From NCBI GenBank assembly GCA_012295275.1, contig CM022675.1:4836001-4900000 (forward strand): DNA of 64,000 bases. The letters are read 5' to 3'. This document shows positions 44,731 to 63,780 of the stretch, piece after piece. The notes beneath the pieces were generated by a model. It was given only the letters and a program-made list of their open reading frames with translations, was not told the DNA's origin and made no database searches. The position numbers and the translations under genes were made by a program. Source of the stretch: Chrysomallon squamiferum (taxonomy: Eukaryota > Animalia > Mollusca). How positions within the stretch are numbered: position 1 is the stretch's first letter; each line of letters opens with the position of its first letter.

Positions 44731-45996
44731 GTGGTAGTAGTAGTAGTAATAATAATAAAAAATAAACAAAATAAATAAATAAAAAAGAAACAGCCTATTT
44801 TTCTATTCATTTGTTGATAATTTTTATCAGTGCGTTTGTTCTTACTGTTGATGTCGTAGATAATGATCAATTGATAAAATAAAACTTTCATAAAACATAA
44901 AACATTTATTTATGTTCTAAACGACATTTAAATTATTGATAACAGAATACGTACCAGTCCACATCCACGGTGTATACGTCTCAAAAGCTCCTACCCAATA
45001 GTTTGTGTCTTCTTCCATTACAGAAACAAGTTTGTTTTCGTCTAAACCAGAATGATGAACAACGAGTCTGCCTCCTGCCTCCTCACAGCCAGAATACGCT
45101 GCCTCCCACCAAGTTTGTTTTTTATCCAGAGTAAAATATTCTTCTAACATTTCTTCTTGTTTTCTGTCAGACCACGGACCTGTGTTAATTTATTAATATT
45201 TATCTTAATTATTTATGCTGCATTATATTGATGAAATTTTATGTTACGTTTCTATATATACATTTATGCAAATGTATTTTATTTCTACTGAATACATTTA
45301 TACATATTTATACTGTTATGTTTTATAAACTTATAAATAATTACTCAGTTATGTGATGATATACAATATTCTAATATGTAATATTATTATTATTGTTATG
45401 TTACGTTATTTTATGTTATTGTATATATACTATTGCTGTTATTTAAAGTTAGCTACGTCAAAATACGTGAGCTAATTTTCACCTTATAGTAAACAGTTTA
45501 TTTTAAAAATATGTCATAACGTGCTAGTTTATGTTGTTATGTTAAATCCTATTGCGTATTGTTGTTACGCTATACAGTTATTTAATTTTCATCACACTCA
45601 TTATTGTTGTTTATTGTCGTCGTTATTATTGTTGTTGTTGTTACTGTTATGATTGTTGCAGTCTTTCATCTAGTTATTGTTGTTTTTGTTGTTGTTATTA
45701 GTATTATTAACTATGATACAAGCATTTCATGTTAAACATCCATTAAACATTCAGCAGGCTGTATTTTGAAAAAGGTCTGCTTTTAACATAATCATCATAT
45801 ACAAGAAAGCTCAATTAATAAAATTTAAGTAATTTCAAACATTTTAAATTGTCTCCTTCAGCTTTATACATACGTCAAATGACTTGAAGTAGAACGAATA
45901 AATTAATTTTAAATAAATAATAAACTTACCTAGTCTTTCTGCACCTGTAACCAGATTGTAGATCGTAAATATAATCAGTGCTGTTACTAAATTCAT
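40426..45996 (-). CDS. Receptor copy E; all 10 exons present, single +1 frameshift in exon 7
   Basis: E1 45996-45930; E2 45179-44955; E3 44633-44497 ..FKCFQQCKPSNRKIGLQ; E4 44067-43938 GKQCYCKI..CAGTYEEFCGGRNAISIYRT; E5 43746-43612; E6 43394-43215; E7 42980-42851 (130 nt vs 129 in B); E8 42481-42407; E9 41644-41569; E10 41026-40426. Confidence 0.8.
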
Positions 45997-46327
45997 TATT
46001 TCTGTTTGTTTTCTTGTGTTTACTTTTATATACGAACATTCTTAAGCAAGACAATATAAAACCGAGTTTTGTTAAAACCAAGAAGGAAGCAGATACTAAT
46101 AAACAGAGGAAAAGAGGTCACGAATCTGGCTACTTAGAATGCATTGCTTGTATATTTGTGGTCGTATAATTATAAGTGATGTATCCGTGATATGGATTAT
46201 TTCACCGTCTTTCTTGTACATACACAGATTATACATGAATACGTACATACATACATACATACATACATACACATGATAGATACAACCTATACAAATACAT
46301 AAATACTTGTCTTCACACATACATACG

Positions 46328-46359
<32 letters not shown>

Positions 46360-47257
46360 AATGTACACGCATTATATAATGGATACAGATATAAATACAC
46401 ACATGTATCTATCCATACAAATACATGCATGCAAATAAATAGATACATACTTGAATATATACACATCTAAACACACCACAAACAAACATACAAAATATAA
46501 ATACATACATTTTCACTCACACATTTCCAGCTAATTTTCACAATCAGCCTTATTTCCAGCTAATTTTCAGGATGACAACGTAAGATTACAAAGAGTAGAG
46601 ACAATGTTAGATTAAAAACCAGTGTCTACTTCAGTTCTTTGCAAAGCTGATAAATACGAGAAATTTTTAATATTTCTGGTTTTAAAGATATAGCAAGTGT
46701 TTTATTCCTATAAAAAAAGAAGATAATTTTGACCTATCACAGTTGTTTAAAAACAAATGTAGTAATAAATTCGTAAATTTGGTTGCTTATAAAAATATAA
46801 TTTTATCAACTAAAATTCGATGTTTGAAAATTTGGGCAATATAAATAATGGAAAGCAGTTGTTTTCTTACAGAATGATTTTGAAACATAAAAATCTGGGT
46901 GGGGTATTACCTGGGACAGAGATTACACAAGTAGTATATCTCAGTTTTATAACACTCAGTCATACAGAGAATGTTAATACTAATTAAACAAACAGCTGTA
47001 ATTAATTTAGATCATCTTCTCAGTTGTGTACGTTCTACCTGTAATGTAGTTTACGTGTTTTTAAAATTCTTAGTCGTACAGGTAAATAAAAATAATGTTT
47101 CACTTTTTGTTTACTTGGCCGCCGTATTGGATAGGGTATAATAAAATATATAAAATAAGCAGCAACACTTTAAAAAATGTGAGCACGCAATCTGAATGCA
47201 AAAGCTAATGAGCTGCAACTGCGTATCGAAGACTAAAGGCCATAATTCATTTGAATA

Positions 47258-47579
47258 CAGGTTGACATTAAAAAATCTGGCTACTGAAAATCGGGTTTCG
47301 TCAGATTTCTGGTATGGATTTTGGAGCGCATTTTCTAATTTACTGTGTTTGCGCGCCTCTGTTTTCTGAAGGCGCCGTTTATGTTTTGATGGCGCTGTAC
47401 TCCAGAATCATCTTTTGAGACTTGCTTGCACCTGCTAACAGATATTTCTGTTTTATCATTTATTTGCTGCTGTATACAGGTAGCAATTTGCCGTTAAATA
47501 TATACAGCACACGCAGCCATGAAAAAGTCCGGCGTTTTTGAAAATCAGGAACTCCTCGGGATTTTCGAATGTCAGCCTG
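47258..47579. mobile_element. Putative MITE
   Basis: Inverted ends CAGGTTGACATT..AAAATC and GATTTTCGAATGTCAGCCTG; no clean TSD. Confidence 0.45.
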
Positions 47580-47714
47580 TGTATATATTTGCTATAGGGC
47601 ATTCCTATAATCCTTATTTTGACCTCGATTTTGAAGTAAGCATCTATTCTTATCTTTTGTATATGATGACGTCAAAACCAACATCAAAAGAAAGTTTGTG
47701 GTGACGCGTCGCTG

Positions 47715-47826
47715 TAATTCGTAACTCGGGACATTATTCGTAAACCGAGACAAAACTTGCTCCAGATCACGTTTCGTAATCCGATTTGTTTGAGCTTCGA
47801 GGCGTTCGTAACCGAGATTCCATTAT
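47715..47826 (+). mobile_element. pogo/Tigger-like transposon right end
   Basis: Repeated TTCGTAA motifs ending GTTCGTAACCGAGATTCCATTATA, similar from memory to Tigger-type TIRs (..GTTCGTAAACCGAGGTTCCACTGTA). Confidence 0.45.
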
Positions 47827-48234
47827 ATTTAGTTATAATCTTAAACAGTATCTGTGAATCTGTTTGTTTTTAATTTATAGGCTACATTATTTTTGTATTA
47901 GTTTAATTACGAAAAAGGCTATCCTCAAATTTATGTGGGTGTGTGTAAGAAATAAAACTAAAATTTAACAGTTCAATTTGTCCCTGTATATTTTATTTAA
48001 TAATTATATGCTGACACCAGTGAAGTGGATATGTCCCGCGAAGTCGACAACTTGTATAAATGATCTTAAAATTGTGTCTACTTTGCGGAACAAGCTGAAA
48101 TGTACCAGTGAGGATCTGTCGATGTCCCGGGACTCATTAATTGTGTTTTACCTGGGTGACGCTGTGTGCAGTCAAAACGTAACAACGAGGTGATACTTAC
48201 TGTACGGCAGCTACTACTACTACGACTATAACTA

Positions 48235-48377
48235 CAATTCAGCTCAGTTTATTTATTTGGCAAAATCACAAAACAGACAAGAATACAGCTATAAAGCAGA
48301 AACAGTTGTGTAATAGGTTACAGTATACAAATACAGGGGGAAAAAAAATTAAACGTAAGGATAATAATAATATAAGC

Positions 48378-48422
<45 letters not shown>

Positions 48423-48604
48423 TACAAATTAAATTACATATTCATCAAGATTCCGTAAAAGTTTTATATTTTCTGAAGACAGAAGATTGATTATGTTAAA
48501 AGTAGATGGTCTTGTATAAAAATATTTCTTTCAATATGATGCTCTAATATCATTATAAAACAAACATTTTGATACAAAATGGAATTCATCTTCAATGCAT
48601 CCAC
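48235..48604 (-). mobile_element. Non-LTR retrotransposon (LINE) 3' fragment
   Basis: Minus strand reads GCIEDEFHFVSKCLFYNDIRASY*KKYFYTRPSTFNIINLLSSENIKLLRNL, a typical LINE ORF2 C-terminal zinc-knuckle region. It is followed by AATAAA and a short-repeat tail. Confidence 0.75.
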
Positions 48605-48660
48605 TGTCTCTCTCTCTCACACACATACACACACACACACACACACGCACACTCACACAC

Positions 48661-48736
48661 AATGGGTCCACTAAGGAGGTTCGATCCTACGTGTCAAGTA
48701 TCCCATGCAAACGCTCTACCGATCGAGCTTAATCTC
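48661..48736 (-). mobile_element. tRNA-derived SINE head
   Basis: Reverse complement has an A-box (AGCTCGATCGGTAGAGC) and a B-box (GGATCGAACC), then GTGGACCCATT; no complete cloverleaf. Confidence 0.65.
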
Positions 48737-48747
48737 AATTCATATCG

Positions 48748-49368
48748 CTGTGGTATTACAATACTAGTAAATACGTTGTGGGTATTACAATCCTAGTAAA
48801 TACGTTGTGGTATTACAATACTAGTAAATACGTTGTGGTATTACAATACTAGTAAATACGTTGTGGGTATTACAATACTAGTAAATACGTTGTGGGTAGT
48901 ACAATGCTAGTAAATACGTTGTGGGTATTACAATACTAGTAAATACGTTGTGGGTATTACAATACTAGTAAATACGTTGTGGTATTACAATACTAGTAAA
49001 TACGTTGTGGGTATTACAATACTAGTAAATACGTTGTGGGTATTACAATACTAGTAAATACGTTGTGGTATTACAATACTAGTAAATACGTTGTGCTATT
49101 ACAATACTAGTAAATACGTTGTGGGTATTACAATACTAGTAAATACGTTGTGGGTATTACAATGCTGGTAAATACGTTGTGGGTATTACAATACTAGTAA
49201 ATACGTTGTGTGTATTACAATGCTAGTAAATACGTTGTGTGTATTACAATACCCAGTAAATACGTTGTGGGTATTACAATACTAGTAAATACGTTGTGGG
49301 TATTACAATACTAGTAAATACGTTGTGGGTATTACAATACTAGTAAATACGTTGTGGATATTACAATG
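48748..49368. repeat. 28-29 bp minisatellite (TATTACAATACTAGTAAATACGTTGTGGG)n, ~21 copies
   Basis: Head-to-tail units with no spacers. Confidence 0.95.
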
Positions 49369-50496
49369 ACCATCCAGCTGGTGCAATTTGACTTCCATTT
49401 CAGACTGCTCACGTTTTAGAAATCCTACTCTACTCTCGTTGTTGACTAAAACAGCGTCTCATAACTGCAGCGCAGAACTTACCAACCAGTTAGATATATC
49501 TACATCCCGGGACTTTTTTATTCTACGTCCCGGTTCTAAACAAAACAGATTTGTCGACTTCCCCAGTGAAGCATACAACTGAGTTCTAAGGACGAGTGTG
49601 AGTGCAAAGTGATTTGACTTGAGAAAACCGCGCAGTCGTAAGATAGCGCAGATCGGCAAATGTCGGAGAACGCTCGCACACGAATTACATAATACAGTTG
49701 TCAACCACGTGACCTCATCTGTCCACATCTCTTACTGCCACATATTTTATCTTTCTTGTTCTTTCTTTTTCCGTCTCATTGTTATTAATATCATTAAAAT
49801 TTTCATAGTTATTATTATTTTCTTTTTTTCTTTTTAAATTTACAAATAAATATATATTATCTGTGAGAAATATGTGATTGATAATACTGGTTTGAGATGA
49901 TAGTCACTGTGTTACTTAAAATTTGCTGTTTGTTTGTTGTAATCAGTTAACTGAAACTTCAGGATTTGTTTTCTGATTGACCCAGTCTGTCAAGTTTCAA
50001 AAGCAGTCATGCCAAGATGGCGAAATATCAAGAACAATTAAAACAGTTAAACTCGTCACTCTCAAAGTCTGACTTCATTCAGTGGAGTTTGTTAGTACAG
50101 CTTGAATTTATTTTGTGAAAAAAAAGAAGCAAATTTGTGGTAAATCTCGGTTCTAGAAAATCTACTTTTAAAATGTTAAAATCTTGACCTGTGATGGTAA
50201 ATTAATATAAGACACGTAAATGTGTGTGTGTGTGCGTGTGTGTGTGTTATTTGTGTACAGTGATATCAGTAAAACAGTTAATAGTTATGAACTGTTTAAT
50301 GTTTAATTTTTAAAACAGAGAATAAATCAGGCGTTCGAAAGTCAGTAAAAATAGATCAAATCAAAATGGCGGACCAAAAACATAGGTGCTTATTTATTTT
50401 CAGTTATTTCATTAAAGAATCGGACAATAATTTTAAAGTAACATAGTTTAAGCAATTTTTCTGTGGCTGTTAACGGACTGTAAATACAATGTAAAT

Positions 50497-50662
50497 CAAA
50501 TGTACATCAGAAATATGTATTACAAAATGGTCGTTGTTTTTGTGTGATCTGTCCAAAGTGAAAAACAGTTCGGTGTCAGACTTGACAACTCTACTGTCAG
50601 AGCGAGAACAAAGCAAATACTGGGTGGGTCTGCAGAGAAAGTCTGAATGGCGATGGATCGAT
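50497..50662 (+). pseudogene. Orphan, inverted C-type exon 6 fragment
   Basis: KCTSEICITKWSLFLCDLSKVKNSSVSDLTTLLSEREQSKYWVGLQRKSEWRWID|gtaat. 50497-52070 is an inverted copy of ~23150-24715. Confidence 0.75.
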
Positions 50663-52077
50663 GGTAATAAAATTATTACATCGTGTTATTAATTAATTAA
50701 TTAATTAATTTTTTCTTACAAATAAAATTATATCTAACAAATATTTGTATTTACGAATGTAATGTATGTATTTTATTTATGTGTATATGTATATGTGTGT
50801 ATGTGTGTATGTATGTATGTAAGTATGTATTCATATTTTAATTTTGTATTGCTGACTTATTAGGAATATTATATCTCTGATGTTATATTATATTATATTA
50901 TATTATATTATATTATATTATATTATATTATATTATATTATATTATATTATATTATATTATTTTATATTATATTATATTATATTATTGATATCCTAGGCT
51001 ATAATTCTGGTAAATTTCGTGTTAATCAAAATCTCAAACTGTTGTGGGCATGATCCTTGGCTCAATATCTGGATTTTGGTATTTTATGGAATTCTTTTTC
51101 TGACATTATAAACATCGGTCAAATTGTTGCTGAAATCTTCTGCTCTAAGCACCATATTGTCAATATTGTCCAAACATGTCAGATTTCGCTGGGTGTTATA
51201 TCTTGAAGTACTGGTCCGATGAAGACAGTATTTGAAATGTAACCTTTTGAAGCCAGAATAGTTTTATCAAAGTGTGAATAGGTCGTTACAACCAGTGAAT
51301 GAACTAACATCTATGTGTTTCTGAATGAGTGTGTGTACGTATGTCTGTATGTGTATATATATGTGTGCAAGTATTTGTGTCTATATGTGTGTATATATTT
51401 GTGTCTGTATGTATGTATCTGTACGTGTGTATGTATGCGTGTGCGTGTTTGTCTGTATGTGTGTAGTTTAGGATTTTGAATATTCTCTGTCTTATACACG
51501 TCTGAATAGACTCTGCACATAGACAATATTCGGGAATGCACTCCAGTCACGACGTCACAAACCCGTCAGATGCCGCTGACGAGACTCGAACGTTTGACAC
51601 ACGTTCACCCGCACATACGTGTATCTATATGTGTGTCTGTATGTGTGTTTGTTTGTGTGTATCTGTGTGTGACGGTATTTGTGTTTGCTTGTGTGTATAG
51701 GTGTGACTGTATGTGTGTCTGTGTATGTGTATGTATGTATGTATGTATGTGTCTGTATGTGTATGTGTCGGTATGTGTGTCTATATGAGTGGCTGTATAT
51801 ATATGTCTGTTTGTGTGTATCTATGTGTGTATCTGTGTGTGAAGGTACGTGTGTTTGTTTGTGTGTATAGGTGTGTCTGTATGTGTGTCTGTCTGTGTGT
51901 GTATGTATGTATGTATGTGCCTGTATGTGTATGTGTCGGTATGTGTGTCTATATGAGTGACTGTATATGTATCTCTATGTGTATAATGTATGTGTGCCTG
52001 TATGTGTGTATGCATGTGTTTATCCATGTGGGTGTGTATATGTGTCTGTATATGCGTATCTATGTGTGATTGTATGG

Positions 52078-52918
52078 AGCCTTAGAATGAAAATCAATGT
52101 TGCGGACTTGCGTAGAATTAATTTTAGAAACTGAGCTAGGGTTAGGGTTAGGGTTAGGGTTAGGGTTAGGGTTAGCCGTAGAAGTAGGATGAAACTAAGT
52201 TTTATTACAAGTGTTATGCTTATCAAAGAAATAATATGTGTGTCGTAATAAGAATTAGCCTTAGGACAAGAATTAATGTTGTTGACCTGTGTAGGATTAC
52301 TTTTAGAAACTGAGCTAGGGTTAGGCTTAGCGTTAGGGTTAGGGTTAGGGTTAACATTGGAGATAGGATGTTCTAAATTTTAGTACAAGTTGTATGGCTA
52401 TATGACCAATAATGAGTCTGTAAAGATTGCAAGTAGCCTTACAATGAAAATTAATGTTGCAGACTTGCCTAGAATTAGTTTTAGAAACTGAGCTAGAGTT
52501 AGGGTTAGGGTTAAGGTTAGGGTTAAGGTTAGGGTTAGCCATAGAACTAGGTTTACCTAAATTGTATTACAAGTGTTATGCTTATCAAATAAGTAATATG
52601 TTTGTCGTAATAAGAATTAGCCTTAGTACAAGAATTAATGTTGCTGACTTGTGTAGGATTACTTTTAGAAACTGAGCTACTGTTAGGGTTAGAGTTAGGG
52701 TTAGTGTTAGGGTTAGGGTTAGCCTTAGAGCTAGGGTTTTCTAAATTTTATTACAAGTTTTATGCCTATGTTACCAATAACATGTCTGTAAAGATTGCAA
52801 GTAGCCTTAGAATGAAAATTAATGTTACGGACTTGCGTAGAATTAGTTTTAGAAACTGAGCTAGGGTTAGGGTTAGGGTTAGGGTTAGGGTTAGAACGGG
52901 TTATCTAAATTGTATTGC
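52078..52918 (-). repeat. Inverted copy of the telomere-motif satellite
   Basis: (GGTTAG)n tracts in ~170-180 bp units; reverse complement of 17200-~17900. Confidence 0.85.
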
Positions 52919-53709
52919 TAGTATTATCATAAATTTTTCATGATGTTTTTCTACTACTTTTGGGTAATAAAATCTTTTATACTGGACAAAGAAAATGAAG
53001 CTAAGATATTTAATTTTTGTTTCGCCGAGATTGTTTATATGAAGTCAAAATATATCGATATACTGGATGATCCATTTGAATAGCAGCGAGGTTTAGTGTA
53101 TCAGAATAAAGTTAGGTTACGGAACTGAAAATGCTAAATGAATATGAAGGATTATTAAAACAAAATATTAAAATAATTACATAATAATGTACTTTTGCGT
53201 TTATAGTAAGGAGTTTATTTTTTAAAAATAATGTTAAAACATGCTAATTTATGTTATTAATTAATGTTTTACTGTATGTTAAGACATTTTATCTTAATTT
53301 GAAACTCTAAGTTAAATTGTATTATCTTTTTGTTGTTACACCATGCAGTTATTTCATTTTAATCACTTTCATTATTGTTGTTTGTTTATGTCGTTTGTTT
53401 ATTGTTGTTCTTGATGTTGTTACTGTTCTTATTGTTCTTATTGTTTTCCTGTTATTATTAAATATGATACGAGCATTTCCTGTTAAAAATCAAATAAATG
53501 TACGTTAGACACTATTTTTAGAAAAGTTCTGATTTTTCACCTGAAACTATAATCAGATATATACTAGAAATGATAATTCTAAAATCCTTGTTATTCACTA
53601 AGTATCACTTCAATAAACTTTAAAATTTTACATTATGCCCCTTGCCTTATACATTTTTGAAAAGACTTGAAAAACAAATTAAAATTAATTTAAAAAATAA
53701 TAAACTCAC

Positions 53710-53776
53710 TTAGTCTTTCTGCAGCTGCTACCTGATTGTAGATCGTTAATATAATCACTGCTGTTACTAAATTCAT
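53710..53776 (-). pseudogene. Copy G: promoter + signal-peptide exon only
   Basis: MNLVTAVIILTIYNQVAAAERL|gtgag; no downstream exons on this strand before copy E. Confidence 0.75.
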
Positions 53777-54519
53777 TATTTCTTTTTGTTTTCTTCTTTT
53801 TACTATCATTTACGAAACTTCTTGTTCAAGACGATATAAAAACATGTTTTGCTAAAACCAACAAGGAAGTAGATATTAACTGAAAGAAGAAAACAGGTCA
53901 CGAGTGTGCTGAAGGTAAAACTTAGCAGCTGAAAGGTTCAGCCCAGACAGCTAGCAGCCTCACAATAAAAGTTCATCAGTGAATGGGTACTTAGGTTACA
54001 GAATACACTGTTTGTTGTTTTGTGTTAGTATAATTATAAGTGATTCGTCGCTTTTACTAATGTAAGTTGTATGAACTACATAAATACATACAAACATACA
54101 TTCAAATATAAGGCATACATACACAAATACATAAATACATACATGCATGTAAGCATCCATAGAAGCATGCATACATACATACATAGATATATACAATCAA
54201 ATATATATACGTAACGCATACATACATAACGTATATATACACAATATATAAATCCACACATGCATAAATCCATACACAACTCCATGCATGTATGCATATA
54301 CAAATAAATACATACGTATATGTATACATACACACATTCAGACACACCCACGTACAGACACACAGAAAAATAAACACAGGTTCGATTTTTTTTCATACAA
54401 CATCTGTTCCCAATTCGTTTTCACATCTTCCGAATTTAGTTTCATTAGACACACACATAATTTCAACTTCTTTCCAGAAACACAATTTTCATAACATATT
54501 TTCATATTTATGGCTATTC

Positions 54520-54947
54520 CAAGCTAATTTTCGTATAAACACCTATATCCAGAGCTTATTTACATGTAGACGTATTCTCAGCTTATTTTCATGTAGACAT
54601 ATTAACAACTTATTTTGATTCAGACGTATTCACAGCTTATTTTTAAGTAAACGTATTCACAGCTTATTTTCATTTAAAGGTATTCTCAGCTTATTTTCAT
54701 GTAAACGTATTCTCAGTTTATTTTCATGTAGACGTTTTCACAGCTTATTTTCGTGCAGACGTATTCACAGCTTATTTTCATGTAGACATATTAACAACTT
54801 ATTTTCATGCAGACGTATTCACAGCTTATTTTCATGCAGACGTATTCACAGCTTATTTTCGTGCAGACGTATTCACAGCTTATTTTCACATACACGTATT
54901 TTTCTAGTCTGTTTTCATAAACATGTGTTTCCAGCTAATTTTCAGGC
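54520..54947. repeat. 27-bp minisatellite upstream of copy G
   Basis: Mirror of 15225-15680. Confidence 0.9.
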
Positions 54948-56355
54948 TGACCAGGTAAGATTACAAAGAGAACAGACAATGTTAGATTCAAAACCAGTGT
55001 CGTTTTCAGTTCTTTGCAAAGCTGATAAATACAAGAAATTTTGTAAAAACCCCACAAAACTAACCAAAAAAACAACACCTTTTCACCTGTCATATTTGTT
55101 TAAAAGCAATTAAGTTTGTAAATTTCAAGCACTTGTGTATTGTTGGTTGGTTACAAACATATCATTTTATCACTAATATACAATGTTTGAAGATCTGTGC
55201 AATATAAACAATTGAAACCAGCTGTTTTGTTACAGAATGATTTTGAAACATAAAAATCTGGGTGGGGTATTACCTGGGACAGAGATTACACAAGTAGTAT
55301 ATCTCAGTTTTATAACACTCAGTCATACAGAGAATGTTAATACTAATTAAACAAACAGCTGTAATTAATTTAGATCATCTTCACAGTTAGCTACGTTCTA
55401 CCTGTAAAGTAGTTTATCTATTTTTAAAATTCTTTGTCGTGCAGTAAAAGAATAATAATCTTTGTCTGCAGATGAATTCTTTAAATTTATTCAGTTTAAA
55501 ATTCTGTTTGCCTGTTCAGTGATTTTCATTTGAAGATTGTTTATAACAAAATAAAGTCGCTTGTGTTGTTTATGTTTAGTGATGGCAGTCACACTCCATA
55601 CTACAGAATTACTTGTTTCACTTTGTTAAACTAGAAACTTTGAAGTTGACGAATGTCAGATCTCCCAGATAGTAATGAGATAACAACGTGTTTTGTCTCA
55701 TTTTTGTACTCACCACGTTTTATTACTAAATGTCACTAGAAACTTGTCATTAGTATTAAAACTGATGCACTAAAAATTTGATTTTACATATTTTGGTGGT
55801 TTTAAGTTATTTATTTAGTTATATCCTGTGACATTATCTTTAAATATCCTTGATTTTAGACACAAAATGTGTTTGTATTCAATTTATAGGTCAATGTAAA
55901 TTAGGTCGCACGTTTTATATTAGTTTAATTACGGAAAAGGTGCACTTCAAATCAAACAGGATGTCACAAATAAAAATAGAATTTACGAGATCAGGTTTAC
56001 ACTGTTTATTTTATTTAATAATGATGTGCTGTCTCTAGTGAAACATGCAGTTTAACTCTTAGCACGGGTGTAACTGGTTTGACTCGAAGTGATCTCGAGA
56101 ATATCGCGAGTTTTACCGATCATTAGAATGCGCCGCGCAGTCTTAAAATAGCGCAGATCAACAAATAGCGGAGAATACACACACACACAGTTACATAATC
56201 TGGTTGTCACCTACGTCATAATAATATCTCCTGTGTGTTAATGTCACATTTTATCTTTCTTGTTCTTTCTTTTTCCCTCCTACTGTTATTAATATCACTA
56301 ATACGTTGTTATTATTATCATCATCTTCATCGTTGTCATTTTCATTTTTCTTCTT

Positions 56356-56386
<31 letters not shown>

Positions 56387-58539
56387 TTATTATTATTATT
56401 ATTATTATTATTTAAATTTACAATTAAATATATATGATCTGTGAGAAATATGTGACTGATAATACTGGTTTGAGATGACAGTCACTGTGTTAGTTAAACT
56501 TTGCTGTTTTTTGTTGTAATCAATTAACTGAAACTTCAGAGTGTTTTTGTTTTTCTTTTTTTTCTGATGGACCCAGTCTGTGAAGCCTCAAAAGCAATCA
56601 TACCAATATGGTGAAACATCAAGAACAATTGTCTCACAAAACAGTTAAAATAAAATTAATATATTACATTACACTAAGTTTCACAGTTGTGTTTCCCTCA
56701 TTTAGAGAGCTCGTCACTCTCAAAGTCTGACTTCACCGAATGCAGCTAGAAATGTTTGGGCCTGAATTTATTTTGTGAAAAATAAAAACAAAGCTGTGGT
56801 AAACCTAGGTTCTTGAAAATCAACTTTTAGAATGTTCAGATGCTGAAATGTAAAATAATATAACCCATATAAACACGAATATACCTCTAGAAAGACATCG
56901 TGTGCGTGTGCGTGTATTTTTGTGTGTGACAAAACCTTTTATACTGTACAAAGAAATGAAACTAAGATATTTGATTTGTGTTTGGTCGAGGCTGCTTATA
57001 TGAAGAAAACTCGTAACAAACCCTCGAGAACATAACAAGTAGTGTATGAACGATGTTAGTGATACACGTTCAGAGAAATATAACAAAATGGCCGCTATGC
57101 CAAAGTATTTCCAACTGAGATTAAACTTTTTTCTTCACACTACAAAGTAGCACTCGTGCAATAAACACAAAGATAAGACTTCCGATTTTCCAGTTATCCA
57201 ATTTTTATTCAAACAGAAAGTAAATCAATCGTTAAAATGTCAAATAGAACCAGAAATATACCGCATGATCCATTTGAATAGTAACCAGGTTAGCTGTATA
57301 TCAATAAAGTTAGTCAATAGAAAAAATGTTAGTATAAAACAGACTTTGAGTTCGAAACTGATAATGCAAAACGTATATGAATAATTATTAAAATAAACTA
57401 TTAAAATATACTTAGCTGATTATATAGAATAGGTATATAATATAAAATAATGTAATATAAAGATATATATTCTTTTCAACTGTAATGTTTTTCATTTATT
57501 ATTTTACTATATATACAAACACTTAGAGACACACACAGACAAACATACACATGCATAGATACACAGATTGTCTTCAGGTATTTTATATAATATAGTATTT
57601 GTAATAAATGTGTGTAAGGTTTGTGATTGCTACATCTGTTGGAAACTGTCACGCATCCCAACTGGAATTGAGGCTTTCGGAATTTGGAATAAAGTTTCCT
57701 TATCCTTTTATAACAATAAGAAAAAATCATAATAAACAAACAAACATATATAAATAATAAAAATAACAAATGATAACAATAGAAAAAAAAAGGTGGTATG
57801 AGACACTGTTAACGCTGATTTTAGAAAACACTTCCTTCAAGAGACAAACTTTGCATCAGTGCAGATTAATACTTAAAATGTTAGTGTAAGAACAGATTTC
57901 ACATAACACAGAAATAAGGTAAAAAATAAATCGCAATGAAGAAAAGTTCAGTAAGATGTTAGGATAAAGTATAACTATAAAATACTACGTAAAAATAATA
58001 ATACAAATAATGCAAACAATAAAAGCGGTGTTAGACACTATTAACATCGGGTTTTAAACAACAACAATAACAACTACAACAACAACATTTAAATAAATAA
58101 ATAACAAAAAATTAATTAAAAAAACTAAAAAAAAAATGTTAAGAAGCACTGTTAATTTTTATTATTAAATAATAAATAATAATAATAATAATAATAGTCA
58201 TAACAGTAATAGTAGTAATAATAATAATAATAGTCATAACAGTAATAGTAATAATAATAACAATAATAGTAATAATAATAATAATGATAGTAATAATAGT
58301 AATAATAATAATTATAATAATAATAACAACAACAATGTCAATTACAACAAAGAAGTGGTTTGATTTTAAAAAAAGGAAAAAGAAGTAAAACAAAATCTGG
58401 TGTATGAGACACTCTTTACATGGATTTCAAAAATCGATCGAGTTACTACTGACAATCTTTTCAATCAGAATTTTCCAGAACAAAATAAACATTTCCACTG
58501 CCTTCAGGAACGTTGTCGCTGTTGGTGTCGTTTTGGACG

Positions 58540-63780
<5,241 letters not shown>

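Larger units (their letters stand above)
48026..49562. mobile_element. Composite ~1.5 kb insertion flanked by a 9-bp direct repeat
   Basis: CCAGTGAAG at 48017-48025 and 49563-49571. The paralogous empty site is visible at ~56030-56050. Subterminal inverted GAAGTCGACAA/TTGTCGACTTC. Confidence 0.55.

Noticed and set aside
48661-48736. tRNA gene
   Set aside because: A and B boxes are present but there is no acceptor stem or cloverleaf; it fits a SINE head.
48748-49368. CRISPR-like 29-bp repeats
   Set aside because: Units are contiguous with no unique spacers, there are no cas genes, and the context is eukaryotic.
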